Counted from the first letter of the stretch, positions 1-10,999 are shown. The stretch: 33,000 nucleotides of DNA from Dicyema japonicum (GCA_011109175.1 RDEW01000004.1:1996105-2029104); one strand, 5' to 3'. Notes: a model not told the origin generated them from the letters alone. Numbers and translations are program-made.

Positions 1-2380
1 TCCATTCCGTGAAAACACAGAGGAAATCTAAACTTTATGGAGAATAACTGTTTCACTGATAAGGAGCAATGTTCTTGAGTTCCTCGTATCCTGGCATGAA
101 CTCATTCTAAGGGATTCCTTTGTGTCCTTTGATGGAATCGAATACAAGAGCTCACTACAAAACCGTATTCTAGCCAGTAAGCAATGTTGCTAGTAAAACG
201 CACACAACTTGAATCGTCTCACAAGTTCAATCATCTTTGTTCATATTTTTAGCTGACAGGTTACTGATTGGAGTTCACTGGGAGTAAGCATTTATGTACT
301 TAAAATATAAATATACGATAATATTCGCCCATGTAACAAAAATAAGATGCACGACCTTACATTATCGTATAAGCAGTATGAGAACAAGAGGCTAATAAGT
401 ATAAAAACAGCTGTTCCCCTCTGGTAAACATTTCAACTAGAGAACATCTGAAGGTCTGGATTATTCTTGCTTGTTTCAGTTCCTTTGAGGTTAATAGAAA
501 AAGAAAACCTTCCGTAACAACTCCATTCCATAGTCATGGTCACAGACGATGTTTAAAGAAATAGTCTTGAACTGACAGTTCGTCTTTCGGCTCCGTGTGT
601 TGATTTGTAAGCCATATAGCTCAGAATTGGCCGCTTTATTAGCGAAAGTGGCATTAGATTGTCGCGTCTCTCAGCGGCCAGTTGACTACTTTTACTTTTA
701 AGACAACTTATTTCTCAAGGTACAAATATCCATCGGAAATCCCTTAAAAATGAGGGAAAACTTAGTTTAACTAAAATCAACTAATTTTAATCTCTTCACT
801 TTTTTAAGTAGAAGATTAGTGTTGAATTCTTCCACCTAGAAATATTCCTCGCTGGAAATAAGAGCTCACAAAGGGATCTTAATTAATCAAAAAGACATAA
901 GAAGGTAAAGAACCTGTCGAGTTGTTTCAATTATGTCTACTCGAGACAATACAAAAGTATTTGAGTTGCATAAACAGTTAAAGTGCATTTGGTTCCTTCG
1001 ACTCGATCAACTGGCTATTAATATGATACTTACATCCGATTCAGAGGAATTGATCTTTTTGAAATATTTGTTTAATTAGCGCGTTAAGGCAGGATTGGTT
1101 GGACATGGGGAACTAAATTCTAAACATTGAATGCGGAAGTCGTTATTTGCTTTCGTTGATCTGAAATAACCGACATTCTCAACCTTTTATTGGATTTGAA
1201 GACCTCTTCATCGACTAAATAATTGAAAAAATACATGCAGCATTAGATAACTGTACGAAGAAAACTTTCTCGAAACCTTCTGAGACATGGTTAGCAAAAA
1301 CTACTTCAAATCCATTCAAAACATACAGTGGTAGCACTCCTGCATGGATAAGTAATATCTGAGTTGTTCACTTCACTGTTCTCAAGAGAAGGCTAAATAC
1401 AGTCCTTAAAAAATACCGTGAATATACACTTTGATGTATTCGTCGACTATTTTTTGGATAAAATATTTCAGAAAGCACATAATTTGGGAGAACTTATTCT
1501 ATAGTCCTGATTACCATTTCGTATATAAAAAATCCTTTTTTGGTTATCGAATAGTTGAGTTCATGCTATCTGAGTTTATAGATACTACCAGGTGGTCATA
1601 CTGTGCACGTAGATTATTAGCACTATTTAATTGATCCCATGGTACATGAACTTTATAAGAATGCATAGTTCGCCTGTATCTTCCATATGTGAGCCAATCA
1701 AACCTCGTATTTTGCCAATCCTGTTCAGTCTGGACCCCTCTCTGCTTCTAACATGAATAGATTTGAATAAATTAATTTCAAATGCGTTCACCTTACAGCT
1801 TTGACTCACACTAGTAAATAAACGTGGAACCAACGTGTCATAATTGGCGAGAAGCACTTGCCTAGGCTAGTGTGTTAATCATTTGAGGGATCTCTGGAAT
1901 TTGACGAGGGACCACTTGTCATGAATCTATCGTAAAAAACCATATGAACAACATCAAGGTCATAAAGTACAAAGCAGACTGTTTTTCGGCGACGTAACAA
2001 AGAAATGAGTCACTTTGAATATCGAGATGGCGTTATGTTATGAAAGAGTAGGAGATCTCGGACTCTGTCAGAATGTAGAACGATTCATCTAGCTGAGCAC
2101 ACCTTCTGGGGACGATTTTACTGTCAGTGATGGAAATAAACACTATCGCGTCTAAAAATGGTTATTACACGTCTTAGACGTAAATTTATTTAGTTTTACA
2201 TGTTGGAGGACCCCGTTGACTGGGTCTTTAAAGTAGAGATAATTCTTGTGTATAGACTTTTTTCTAAAGTAATTGATCAGTCTCAAGGATCGCTCACAAA
2301 AGTTGTTCATGCTATTCTCGGTTAAATAAATCTCTGAATCTGCCAAACTGTAAAAAAAACCACGACTAAATTGCATATTG
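1..2380 (+). pseudogene. Heavily decayed host-gene-like remnant, unassigned (faint DOCK-C/D resemblance)
   Basis: Protein-like stretches broken by many stops and frameshifts (e.g. KVFELHKQLKCIW, VEFMLSEF...IVRLYLPYV). No decisive motif; strand and identity are tentative. Confidence 0.2.
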
Positions 2381-2384
2381 ACCT

Positions 2385-2600
2385 GTTGGAAGAACTCGGA
2401 GGATTGCTTGCCAGAAAGAAAAGGGATCAACGAGAAGGGTTATGGCTAAGACAAAAGATTGGAATAGCCATACTCCGAGGGAACTCGTTCGCAATCCACG
2501 CAGCAGACTTCCTCAACTGACATTTGTTTAATTGTTAAAAAAATTATTCTTAAAAAAAATTAAAAAAAATATCAAAATAAATAATTATTTTTTTTTATAA
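2385..2600 (+). mobile_element. 3' end of CRE-clade non-LTR retrotransposon with A/T-rich tail
   Basis: Translates LEELGGLLARKKRDQREGLWLRQKIGIAILRGNSFAIHAADFLN* (stop at 2518-2520), matching the CRE C-terminal LxQxIxIAIxRGN motif. An A-rich tract follows. Confidence 0.8.
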
Positions 2601-2639
2601 AACAGTAAAACTCTTCCTAACCGCAGGTCAGTAGTAGTA

Positions 2640-2832
2640 TGGAAAGAATCCATCTTCTTCTATTTCGACGCAAGTCTTACCGTCGCGGACATCACTTCAT
2701 TCTTCAGCGGAATAGTTTTTTTTATAATGTAGTCCTCATCAGAGGATTTGGTCAGGTAAAGGTAGGAAGATCCCTTTCAACAACTGTGTCGTGCCAGAAG
2801 GACTCGTTGCCTCACGGTAGATCTGTTTGACA
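2640..2832 (-). repeat. Dispersed repeat X, copy 1 (inverted homolog at 16743-16925)
   Basis: Reverse complement aligns with 16743-16925 (shared ccttctggcacgacacagt, gttgaaagggat, ctgaccaaatcctctg, aatgaagtga). Confidence 0.85.
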
Positions 2833-3091
2833 AGAATTGACCTTTGCTGAAAAAGCCAGTTTTCTTAACCGTCAATTAAAAAAATAGTTCATTAAAATTT
2901 ATTTTAAAAACTCTTCGGTTTTTGCATAACGAGAGAGAATTTCAACTAGCCTGGAAAAAATTAAATTTATTTATCTAGAAAACACCTTCATAGACAGAAT
3001 GAAATGAAATCAGGTGATCCTGGCATCTCAGTTGTCTTCTCATCTTCTGATCTGAAGGAAGTGCCGTACAGGGGAATTCCTCTGGATGGTT

Positions 3092-3450
3092 ATTTATTAT
3101 TTATTAACCTCGGATACACTGAGAAAAAAGTTAAAGTAAACAACTAATTAAGTGTATCCAGTTTCCACTTTTACATAAATAGAGTCCATCCGGAATCAGC
3201 ATAAAAGGTAGGAGGTCCATGGAAACCCCTCCAGTGGAGAGGGGGTGAAAAAATGATCCTTTTTCGTGCCGGCCTGGCACTGGGCGCCACCTAGAGAAAT
3301 GGATCACATGACGCCACCTAGAGAAATGGATCACATGACGCCACTTTAATAGGAAGAGAGAAAAGGAACAGACAAACAGAACAGAAACTTCAATAAATTA
3401 GCCACGAAGAACAACATGGAACCACGCGGCGAATGCGCATAATCCGAATG
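3092..3450 (-). mobile_element. Short non-coding retroposon (SINE-like) family A, copy 1, with 12-bp TSD
   Basis: Perfect direct repeat ctctggatggtt at 3080-3091 and 3451-3462; (TAAA/TAA)n tail; homologous to 16126-16454 and 16489-16742. Confidence 0.9.
3285..3344. repeat. 27-bp perfect tandem duplication inside family A copy 1
   Basis: cgccacctagagaaatggatcacatga at 3285-3311 and 3312-3338, followed by cgccac. Single-copy in the other two family A elements. Confidence 0.95.
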
Positions 3451-3717
3451 CTCTGGATGGTTGTTGACTAATGGTCCTTTTTGAATATAATTTAGGATTA
3501 TATCTGGAGCCACCAGAGATGGTGAATCACATTACGCACTCAAACAAAATTTAAATTAAAAAAAGTAGATTTGTAATGAATAAAACATGATAAATTTTAC
3601 TTTTATCTTATTTTTTAATAAAATAAAATGAAAAAAAAATGCTACCATTATAGCACTTAAATCGTTCCACTTATAACTATAATGTCACTACATTGATTTG
3701 TCACAGCTTCGCTCTTA

Positions 3718-5900
3718 TTAAATGGCAGTACAACTTTTTTCTTTAACCATGTGATATATTTGGTCACTTACACTCCTACCTCCTGTGAAGACACTGTAAC
3801 ATCTTCTGGGAAGTTCATTAGGATGATCATATCAAATGCCCGTGAGTCAGTATAAAATCCGTCAATAATTTGGTGGAGATGCACAAGTTCTTCATCCTTT
3901 ACTAGACATGACATTTGTTAGTAGTGATTATCCATATTACCTTGAATGCAACAGCAGAGGAGGCTTTAAAATGTAGATATTTCGACCTGCAGTGATGGAA
4001 GGTCATAAATAGAATGGGACAGAAAGAGGCCGTAACAGATAGCATTTACAAAAAGCGTGACAGCACTCGCGTAATCAGTTTCACTCTCAATCACTACAGA
4101 ATTGAATCTCCCACAGTGATTAAGTATCCGTGACAACTATAATGCTTATATTAGAGGACTAGATTCAGCGATGCCATAAACAGGCAGTAATGGCTTTGAG
4201 TAGATCTGGAATGAAAACATGGCACATGGATTGAGTCAAAAGGCTGGAACTCTATGTACTCAGCCGGCAAAAAGCACCCAATGGAGGCCAAATAGACAGA
4301 AATGGTTGTCAATATAAATTTTGTTAGTTCGAATAGGGGATGTCTAGTGAGTGTAAGACAACCTACCACCACGTATTACAAACCTTAGAGAATCAGTAAG
4401 ACACACATATGATGGGTCATCAGTACTTATTCTTCCGAGATACATCAGTCAAGGCAAATATGCTAGAGTCACCAAGTTATCTACCAGTCCAACTCTGGTA
4501 GAAGAGAGGTCATTCGCATAAGGGAGTGTGGGTTATTGAACATATGGTCCTGGAGGTTCAGTAGAATATCATATTCATCGTCACATATTATGAACTGGAT
4601 GTCTCCATAGACTTGGTACAATGTTCGCGTCCTTGATGACTTGTAATGGGCCTCTGTCTCAGCCTCGACAGAATTAGTAAAATGGTTTCTAAATTTAAAG
4701 TCCTCTGGCAGAGACGAGTATTTCTGATTCTCCATAGAACAAGGAATTCTTAGCAGAAACCTAAGTAATTTGATTATATTGAATTCCTGAGCCAAATAAT
4801 AATGTCACACGCGGGTATGCAGTCCGGTAAGTCCTCAATCTCATCCTGTGCCATTCTATTAACAACTCTTGACAATTGGGAGTAATTCAATAAATTCTTC
4901 CAAATAAGTAGAGTAGTTAGACCTGTTAAAAAATTTGATATCTGGTTAGAAAATCGAAATGGTCCACATCAATAGCAAGTTCCAACGTGTCCCACAACTT
5001 GGAAAGGATGTCATCATTTTCATCGGATGTTAAATACTTTGAGTGCCAACACTCAGATATCGGAACACAGGGTTAGGGGAGACATTAGCTCATCATAGAT
5101 ATTGGTAATAAAGGAGGCTGTTCTGATAATCTGCACAAACTACTCCACTCCAAAATTTCTAAAAATTGAAAATACATACTCACATCATTAAAACAGAGGA
5201 TCTAACCACCAACATGAGAGCACATATCAATTCTATATACAAGAAGATCAGTTTGGTAATCAGTGAATATTTCATAGCGGAACCCGATCGTCTATAGAAG
5301 ACTCGCACGTAATAGCATCCAACCTGCTTAGGCAATTCTGGTTCCCCTTATCCCCTTTTCCATTTTCATCTTTCTGCTCATCGAGGGACCCCAGTGTATC
5401 TTGGAGGTGTATGTGCTTGTGCCTAAACAGGATTTCAATGGGAACAGATCTCTGAGGAAGGACGACTCGGACAAACATAGGGAATTTCCTGGTGATTGAC
5501 AAAACATGCAAAATCTACAACCGTCCCTTTGTATCGTAGACTCCCACATGCTACTGCATAAGGTATGATCTGTTCAACGACGTTAAATGAGTTGTCTGCT
5601 CGTGTAATTTTCTCAAACATTGACGTAGAGTCCGAACATGCATATTCGATATATATACTTAACTCCTACAAAATAATCGGAAGCGTGCTGAGTTCTGTCC
5701 ACTAGGATAAAAAACTGAAAGGGGTAAATGGAAAAATACAAAAGGCTCTTCGGCCATTGTACTTTTCGTAAGTACGATTTATAAGGATCAGTTGTACGGT
5801 TGAGTTCGAGATAGGAAAATCGTGCCAAGTAGAGGTTTCTGTTTGATCGTGCCGGGATCACGTGAGTAGTTAGTTTGGTGTTACACTGGTATTTGGAATT
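3718..5900 (-). pseudogene. MSH5: MutS homolog 5 (meiotic MutS-gamma) unprocessed pseudogene
   Basis: Collinear MSH5-like peptides: SRLDAI; RMAQDEIEDLPDCIPACDII..FLLRIP; HYKSSRTRTLYQVYGDIQFIICDDE (cf. human [25 protein letters not shown]); RHPLFEL; LASIGCFLPAE; DEELVHLHQIIDG..SRAF..NFPEDV..SQEV. Multiple stops and frameshifts; 25-nt GT-AG intron at 5159-5183; Walker A absent. The 5' limit is uncertain. Confidence 0.9.
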
Positions 5901-6199
5901 TTTCATTCATTCAATATTGGAAGTGATCAAATTGAAAGGAAACAATGCACAGAAGGTGCATTTCTAACGAGTTGAGAGAGTTGATAATCGAACAAAAGTG
6001 GTTGCGACCATAGAAGTAAACTCTACCCTTATAAATTTGCTATTTTTGGTTTTTAGAAATTTATGAAAAATAGCCAATTTGAAAAAAATAAAATCAATAA
6101 TTTTGAAAAACAATGAACAAAGACTTTAAAAAAATCACTTGAACAAAAAAACATATTTAAGTTTTATTAAAAAAATTTAATTTTAAACTGTTTTTTACT

Positions 6200-6930
6200 T
6201 TGCTTAAAAAATGCTTGCTTTGTATTTCGAATACATTGATGCATTTTTAATCTTGCGATCATCAATGGTCTCAACTTATGCGTTCCGGCCATGTTTAGAC
6301 AAAGCATAATGAAGACATGTTTTTTTTAATTTTTGTAACCTTGGAAACGGTTTCTGCAGAAGCTTTTCGATGAGCTTATTGTATAATCCAATTCGTTTCG
6401 AATCTGGATTCCAGATCATCGATTTGGTCAAGTTTATATGTTTTTGAAATTTTTTTAAAGTCTTCAAAAAAGGCTTCAATGTCGACAGATTTATGTTCGC
6501 ATTTCTCCGCGTAACTTGAGCATTCTGACTTCGTGTCTTTTTGATTTTATCCAACACCCATTAAAATTTAGGAAATTATAAAGTTTTAACTTTTACAAAA
6601 AATGCTACCTTGGTGGATATTAAGGCATCATTCAAAAACCACCTAGAAAATTGATTTATTCGATAAATACCTTTAGATTCTTCAACCTACATCCATTCTA
6701 CCAACTACTCTTAAGTTATAAAAGGTTTATGTGCAGCTTTAAAAGACGGCTAATATTTTTTTAAATCTTTCAAAATAGCATCTTTCTTCAGTAATAGATT
6801 TTTATTGTTTTTCTAAAAATCGCTTTTCGAAACAAGTGCGATAATCTATCAGCTAATTGCTGCCACAAAATAGCAACATTATAATTTACAATTTGAGTTT
6901 TTTCATTAAAGTAAAATCTCCGAGAGAAGC
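6200..6930 (-). mobile_element. pogo/Tigger (CENP-B-like HTH + DDE_1) transposase remnant with micro-intron
   Basis: HTH-like LVEWM*VEESKG..LNDALISTK..KRHEVRMLKLRGE; IWNPD..GL; DDE_1 start GYKN*KKHVFIMLCLNMAGTHKLRPLMIAR. 28-nt GT-AG intron at 6643-6670. Confidence 0.8.
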
Positions 6931-7124
6931 ATCAAAAGGCAATTGTTAAACGAATGCTGAATCTTCCATGAACTACTGTTTCACGAATTGTTGCCAAATT
7001 TTTGCTGTTAAATTTTGATGAGGTCGGATTTTCAGTATCTTTAAGACCAAGACTTATAAGTCTAATGCTGATCGACTTTACTCTAAGAGTCTGGAGACAT
7101 ACTCTATGGATATTACTAATATTT

Positions 7125-7350
7125 AAATTCATTTAACCAAAAAACACCGTCATGACCAGAATGAAAAAATTCAGGTGATCGGACTTGAATGAAGTGGCGT
7201 CCAGGGGAACTTTTCGGATGGTTGTTGACTAGTGGTCCTTTTTGGATTATATCTGGCGCCACCAGAGAGTGTGAACCACATGACGCACGCTAACAATTGA
7301 AGCTCCCAGGAGCCAAAAGGAATAGGAGGAACAGAAGAATCAAACAAATA
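7125..7350 (-). mobile_element. Short retroposon family B, copy 2, abutting the truncated RTE end
   Basis: Homologous to 2963-3545 without the insertion (empty site at about 7211-7230). Shares the pyrimidine tract and pseudoknot core with family A. Confidence 0.7.
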
Positions 7351-9490
7351 GGTCTTCATTTAGCGTGATAGGTAAGGTTGTTCTAGGCCTTCCTCGGAAT
7401 GATTTTGTTTTTTTCCATGAAATATTCATCTATTACGTGATTTGCCGGGACATCCAGGTCCATCCTCAGAATGTGACCGAACAGTCTCCATCTCGATCTT
7501 CTGATTTCCATGGATAATGGTTCTGTTTTGCTCAACTTATATAATTGTTCGTTTTTGATCTTCATTTTGTAGTGAATATTAAGTGCCTTCCGAAGCATAC
7601 TGCGGTCGAAACTGTCAATAGACTCCATTGCCCGTTTAGACAAACCCCATGTCCCACAGTTATATATTAGGATGGGCACAACAAAGTATTTGTATATATT
7701 TTTCCACAAAGTCTTCTTCCCGAACTCCATATTTTAGATAGGCTTCTGAAAGCACCAGATGCAAGGATTTTCCGTCGAGCTACATCTTCCTCGTCCCCCA
7801 AGAGCGATCCGACCTTCTTATGTCTTCTCCACGTCTCGTCGGATATCCTCTCTGCACGGCTGAATGATGTAAATTCCGTTTTGTCAGTGTTTATTTTCAA
7901 GAACCATTTTTGGAAAATGTTAGGAAGATGTTCGTTTATGTACTTGAGAAATTCAGAATCATCCGATACAAAGTTCCAGATCGTCTGCGTAAATCAACTC
8001 ATAATATTGTGCTTTAATGGATAATCTGAAATCCCTCAGTGCAGCCTCAAGATAAATAATAAATAGAATAGGAGACAACGAATCCCCTTGTGGAACTCCC
8101 CGAGTGGTTTTAAAAAAATTGGAAGCGGTATTTCCGATTTTGACAGCCAGGTGAGTATCTTCTAGGAGCAAGGAAATAATTCTAACATCATCCGTATCTA
8201 GAAATGTATTCAGAATGTTAATAAGTAGTCCCCTGTGTACAGAGTCGAATGCACGACTCATGTCGATCCCCAGAACTTCTATGCATTTTTTGTATTTCTG
8301 ACATATAGCGCCAGACCATCTGTGCGTCCATACTATGTCGGCGGTTGATCTTTTTTCCCTGAAACCGCTTTGTCCAGGCGATAAGAATTTGTCGACTTTC
8401 CCTTTGATTCGATTTAATACAATGATAGAGAGGGTTTTCCGTAAGACCGATAATAGAATTATTGGTCTTAGACTGTTTGCGGGACCTCTAGGTTTCCCAG
8501 GTTTTGGTATTGGAATTAGCCATCCTCTCCCAATTCCAAGATCGTTTTTGTCTTCAAATGCTTTATTGAGTATGATGGTGATTATTTCACCCAATTCAGT
8601 GGGTCCACATTTTATTAACTCTGCAGGTATATTATCAGGACCAGCCGCTTTCCTGTAGTTTAGTTTTCCTATTGCCTTGATAGTTTCCGCGATAATAATG
8701 GGGCAGTTAAGAGGAGCCGTTGATGTTATTGGAGATTTGTTTTCAATTTCTTGATTGTTAAAGATGTCATAGTAGTGTGAAGAGACTATGTTCGCCTTTT
8801 CAATAACATTCAATACTGATCGTCCATGTTGGTCGTGAATAACAATATTCCCTGGTTGTTTCTTTTTACTAATAATCCGAATGGCTTTGAACATTTTGGA
8901 TCCGTTCTTATATTTCTTGATTTCATCGACCTGTTCCTCCACTTCCTTTTTTACTTGATATTTTTGAAGTTTTTTGATTTTTGTTAAAATTGAGTTACGA
9001 ACTATCCTTAGCTCTTTTTTTAGACTCGGTATATTTGAATTATTAATTCTAATCCTCAAATTCTTTTGTTCTGAAGATAAGTATGATATTTCTTCGTTGT
9101 TATATTTGAATTTGTTTTTGTGAGTAGTCCCCAAAACCAACGACGCGGTATTCTTCATTACAACTCCAACGTCATTCCACAAATCCTGTGCACTATTGTT
9201 TGTATTCATCTTGCTTAATTCCTTTCTGAGTTTTTCGCCATACTCTATCATCTATATTTCATCGCTTATTAGAGTTTCTGTATCCAATCTTTCGAATTCC
9301 GTTTTTCCATATCTTCCAGGTTTGTACAAACTTCCCAAAGAGAACCGAGTGATCACCAATTTGTGATCACTTGATGTTTCAAGCCCATCGTATGATCTCG
9401 AGTTTCGTATTAGGTTTTTGTTCCTTCTTCTGCACAAGATATAATCAATTTGATTATATATTTTAATCAAGTTGCCATTTAATTATACAC
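7350..9490 (-). mobile_element. RTE-like LINE, 5'-truncated (end of AP endonuclease + RT + C-terminus), disrupted
   Basis: APE end YNQIDYI..SDHKLV; RT motifs KAAGPDNIP, LRPIILL, DMSRAFDSV, GVPQGDSLSP, YADD; C-terminal RWRLFGHILRM and RGRPRTT. In-frame stop at 9252-9254 and frameshifts after 7959. Confidence 0.93.
7959..9251 (-). CDS. Longest open segment (430 aa) of the RTE-like reverse transcriptase; part of a disrupted ORF
   Basis: ORF track; non-LTR RT subdomains up to YADD. Confidence 0.85.
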   Translation of the reverse strand: MIEYGEKLRKELSKMNTNNSAQDLWNDVGVVMKNTASLVLGTTHKNKFKYNNEEISYLSSEQKNLRIRINNSNIPSLKKELRIVRNSILTKIKKLQKYQVKKEVEEQVDEIKKYKNGSKMFKAIRIISKKKQPGNIVIHDQHGRSVLNVIEKANIVSSHYYDIFNNQEIENKSPITSTAPLNCPIIIAETIKAIGKLNYRKAAGPDNIPAELIKCGPTELGEIITIILNKAFEDKNDLGIGRGWLIPIPKPGKPRGPANSLRPIILLSVLRKTLSIIVLNRIKGKVDKFLSPGQSGFREKRSTADIVWTHRWSGAICQKYKKCIEVLGIDMSRAFDSVHRGLLINILNTFLDTDDVRIISLLLEDTHLAVKIGNTASNFFKTTRGVPQGDSLSPILFIIYLEAALRDFRLSIKAQYYELIYADDLELCIG

Positions 9491-9734
9491 GTTGTAATTT
9501 CCTCTCGTGGTTGAGTTATATTTGCTTATTTCTACTTATTTTCTTCATTATTGAAAGTGCAAGGTTTATCAAATAAATGTTTGATTCATCAACTCATTAT
9601 GTTGCTTTTAAGTATGAAGAAATTATGCTGCTTTGTTGATATATTTTCCTATTTCCCAAATTATTTATTCTTATGAATATCTTCTTTATTTGACAAATAG
9701 AAAATTTACTATTTAACCATCCTCGCCCTGTCTG

Positions 9735-9876
9735 TCGCCAGTCTCCTAGGAAATAAAATCCATGTCAACCGCATACATTAATTCCAAAATAGAAGTAGGA
9801 CCAATTTTAGCTCTCAAATCCCGATGAGCAGCTTCCAGATAAATCACAGAGAGAATTGGTGATAATGAGTCACGTA
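9735..9876 (-). mobile_element. RTE-like RT fragment (motifs B-C)
   Basis: RDSLSPILSVIYLEAAHRDLRAKIGPTSILELMYAVDMDFIS parallels GDSLSPILFIIYLEAALRDF...ELIYADDL of the neighbouring RTE. Confidence 0.75.
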
Positions 9877-9879
9877 ACT

Positions 9880-10147
9880 AGGCAGGGCTCAGTTGGTATG
9901 CTTGTTGGACTCCAGAGGACGAGGAATGAATTGCTGGTCCTTGACCAAGCTGGAATGTTTTCTATATGAGCTATAAGCATATTGTACACTGATGGGTAGA
10001 ATGTAAAACAATCCTACCCAAAATTTCATAACCACGTATTGTTTTGAATGCGTATTTGTTATCAGTTTTGACGATTACATGCGGAATATTCTTGTTGTAT
10101 TCAGTGAATGTACGGACTACATGAACTGCTGCTTCACATCCCTGACT
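9880..10147 (-). mobile_element. CRE-clade RT fragment
   Basis: GCEAAVHVVRTF...VIVKTDNKYAFKTIR...SSSGVQQ..LSPA, matching the CRE GCEAAVH / KxDFxNAFNSIxR / GVQQGDPL motifs. Confidence 0.8.
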
Positions 10148-10810
10148 CGATTCCTCCAAGGACCCAATGACCTTCCCGCCATTGACCGCGATGGTATTTG
10201 CGATGGAAGTATTTAGACTCGTCGATTTCCACGACTTTTGGTTCTATTAATTAGCAAAATAAATTTAAACGATTGTTTTCGTCAAGTCCACCAACTGTGG
10301 GACTGTCTCGAACCATGTCTCGCATATTTCTCGACAAAAGTTATTCCGATCCACAACAGTTGTCTTGGACACTTCGAGTTCGAAAGGTACTTCGCAAACG
10401 AGATGTTCTTTCGCCCACATACACGTTAGCTCCAGAATTGTTATAAGACTTAGTTGGCTACTTAAAAAATTAACAGATGCACTACCTTCAAACTATGAGT
10501 GATTTCTGATGCTCGTCCTATTCTTACACTTTTTGCATTTCAATACATGTTTATCGACCACTAGATTCAACACAGAAAAGTGACAATAAATCTAATTAAA
10601 CACATTTTCAAAAATAACCTGCAGTCTGCAGAAAATTGTGTTCCTTATCAAACGCCGTGCTGCACACCACTTTATGCATTCCTCCAGACTCTGTGTATCC
10701 ATCAGAAGCCTCAACAGGGAGATTCGTTCGGCTTGAATGGCAGCACGACTCATTCTTTCTTCTTGTTGAACTATGCTTTTGCTACCAGGTCGCACCATGT
10801 TATTCAAATT
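10148..10810 (-). mobile_element. Merlin (IS1595/ISXO2-like) transposase, N-terminal half, with micro-introns
   Basis: Spliced reading: IKWCAARRLIRNTIFC..KCKKCKNRTSIRNHS*FEGSQLSL..TTVVDRNNFCREICETW..VGGLDENNQPKVVEIDESKYFHRKYHRGQWREGHWVLGGIE. 27-nt GT-AG introns at 10592-10618 and 10244-10270; a probable third near 10461-10485. Confidence 0.9.
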
Positions 10811-10999
10811 TATTCAAATAAAAACAGAAAGTTACTCTAAATATGCTGATATAATTAATAATTATTTATTTTATTATTTCTTATTTTCTCGAAAAAATAT
10901 AGCTCATTAAACTGCAACATTATCAGCTAGGTTTGATTAGGGACTTCTTACATATTTCAGGGATACAACAAATAAATTAATTTTTAATTAAAAAAACAT

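Larger units (their letters stand above)
2963..3545 (-). mobile_element. Short retroposon family B, copy 1, interrupted by a family A insertion at 3092-3450
   Basis: 2963-3091 plus 3463-3545 align with 7125-7295 and end in a taaataaat tail on the minus strand. Confidence 0.75.

Noticed and set aside
2660-2745. Hammerhead ribozyme core (CTGATGA...GAAA) on the minus strand of repeat X
   Set aside because: No stem I/III closure with an NUH site could be built, and the second copy has CTGGTGA.
3285-3344. CRISPR-like direct repeats
   Set aside because: Two abutting units with no spacer, in a eukaryotic context; a slippage duplication between two cgccac motifs.
3718-5900. Endogenous viral polymerase
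   Set aside because: The peptides match MSH5 collinearly and include a spliceosomal intron.
6660-6760. Ciliate-type genetic code (TAA/TAG = Gln), suggested by stops at plausible Gln positions plus tiny introns
   Set aside because: Long TE ORFs are open in the standard code, other stops replace Trp (SWF to S*F in Merlin), frameshifts co-occur, and EGFR indicates an animal. C-to-T decay explains the stops.
7125-7350. Native 3' UTR of the RTE element
   Set aside because: The RTE ORF breaks off at NEDL without the terminal region seen in the 26870-27190 fragment, and the sequence switches to family A/B-like DNA. Treated as a fused short retroposon, though not fully excluded.
8335-8658. 107-aa plus-strand ORF
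   Set aside because: Antisense shadow of the RTE reverse transcriptase.
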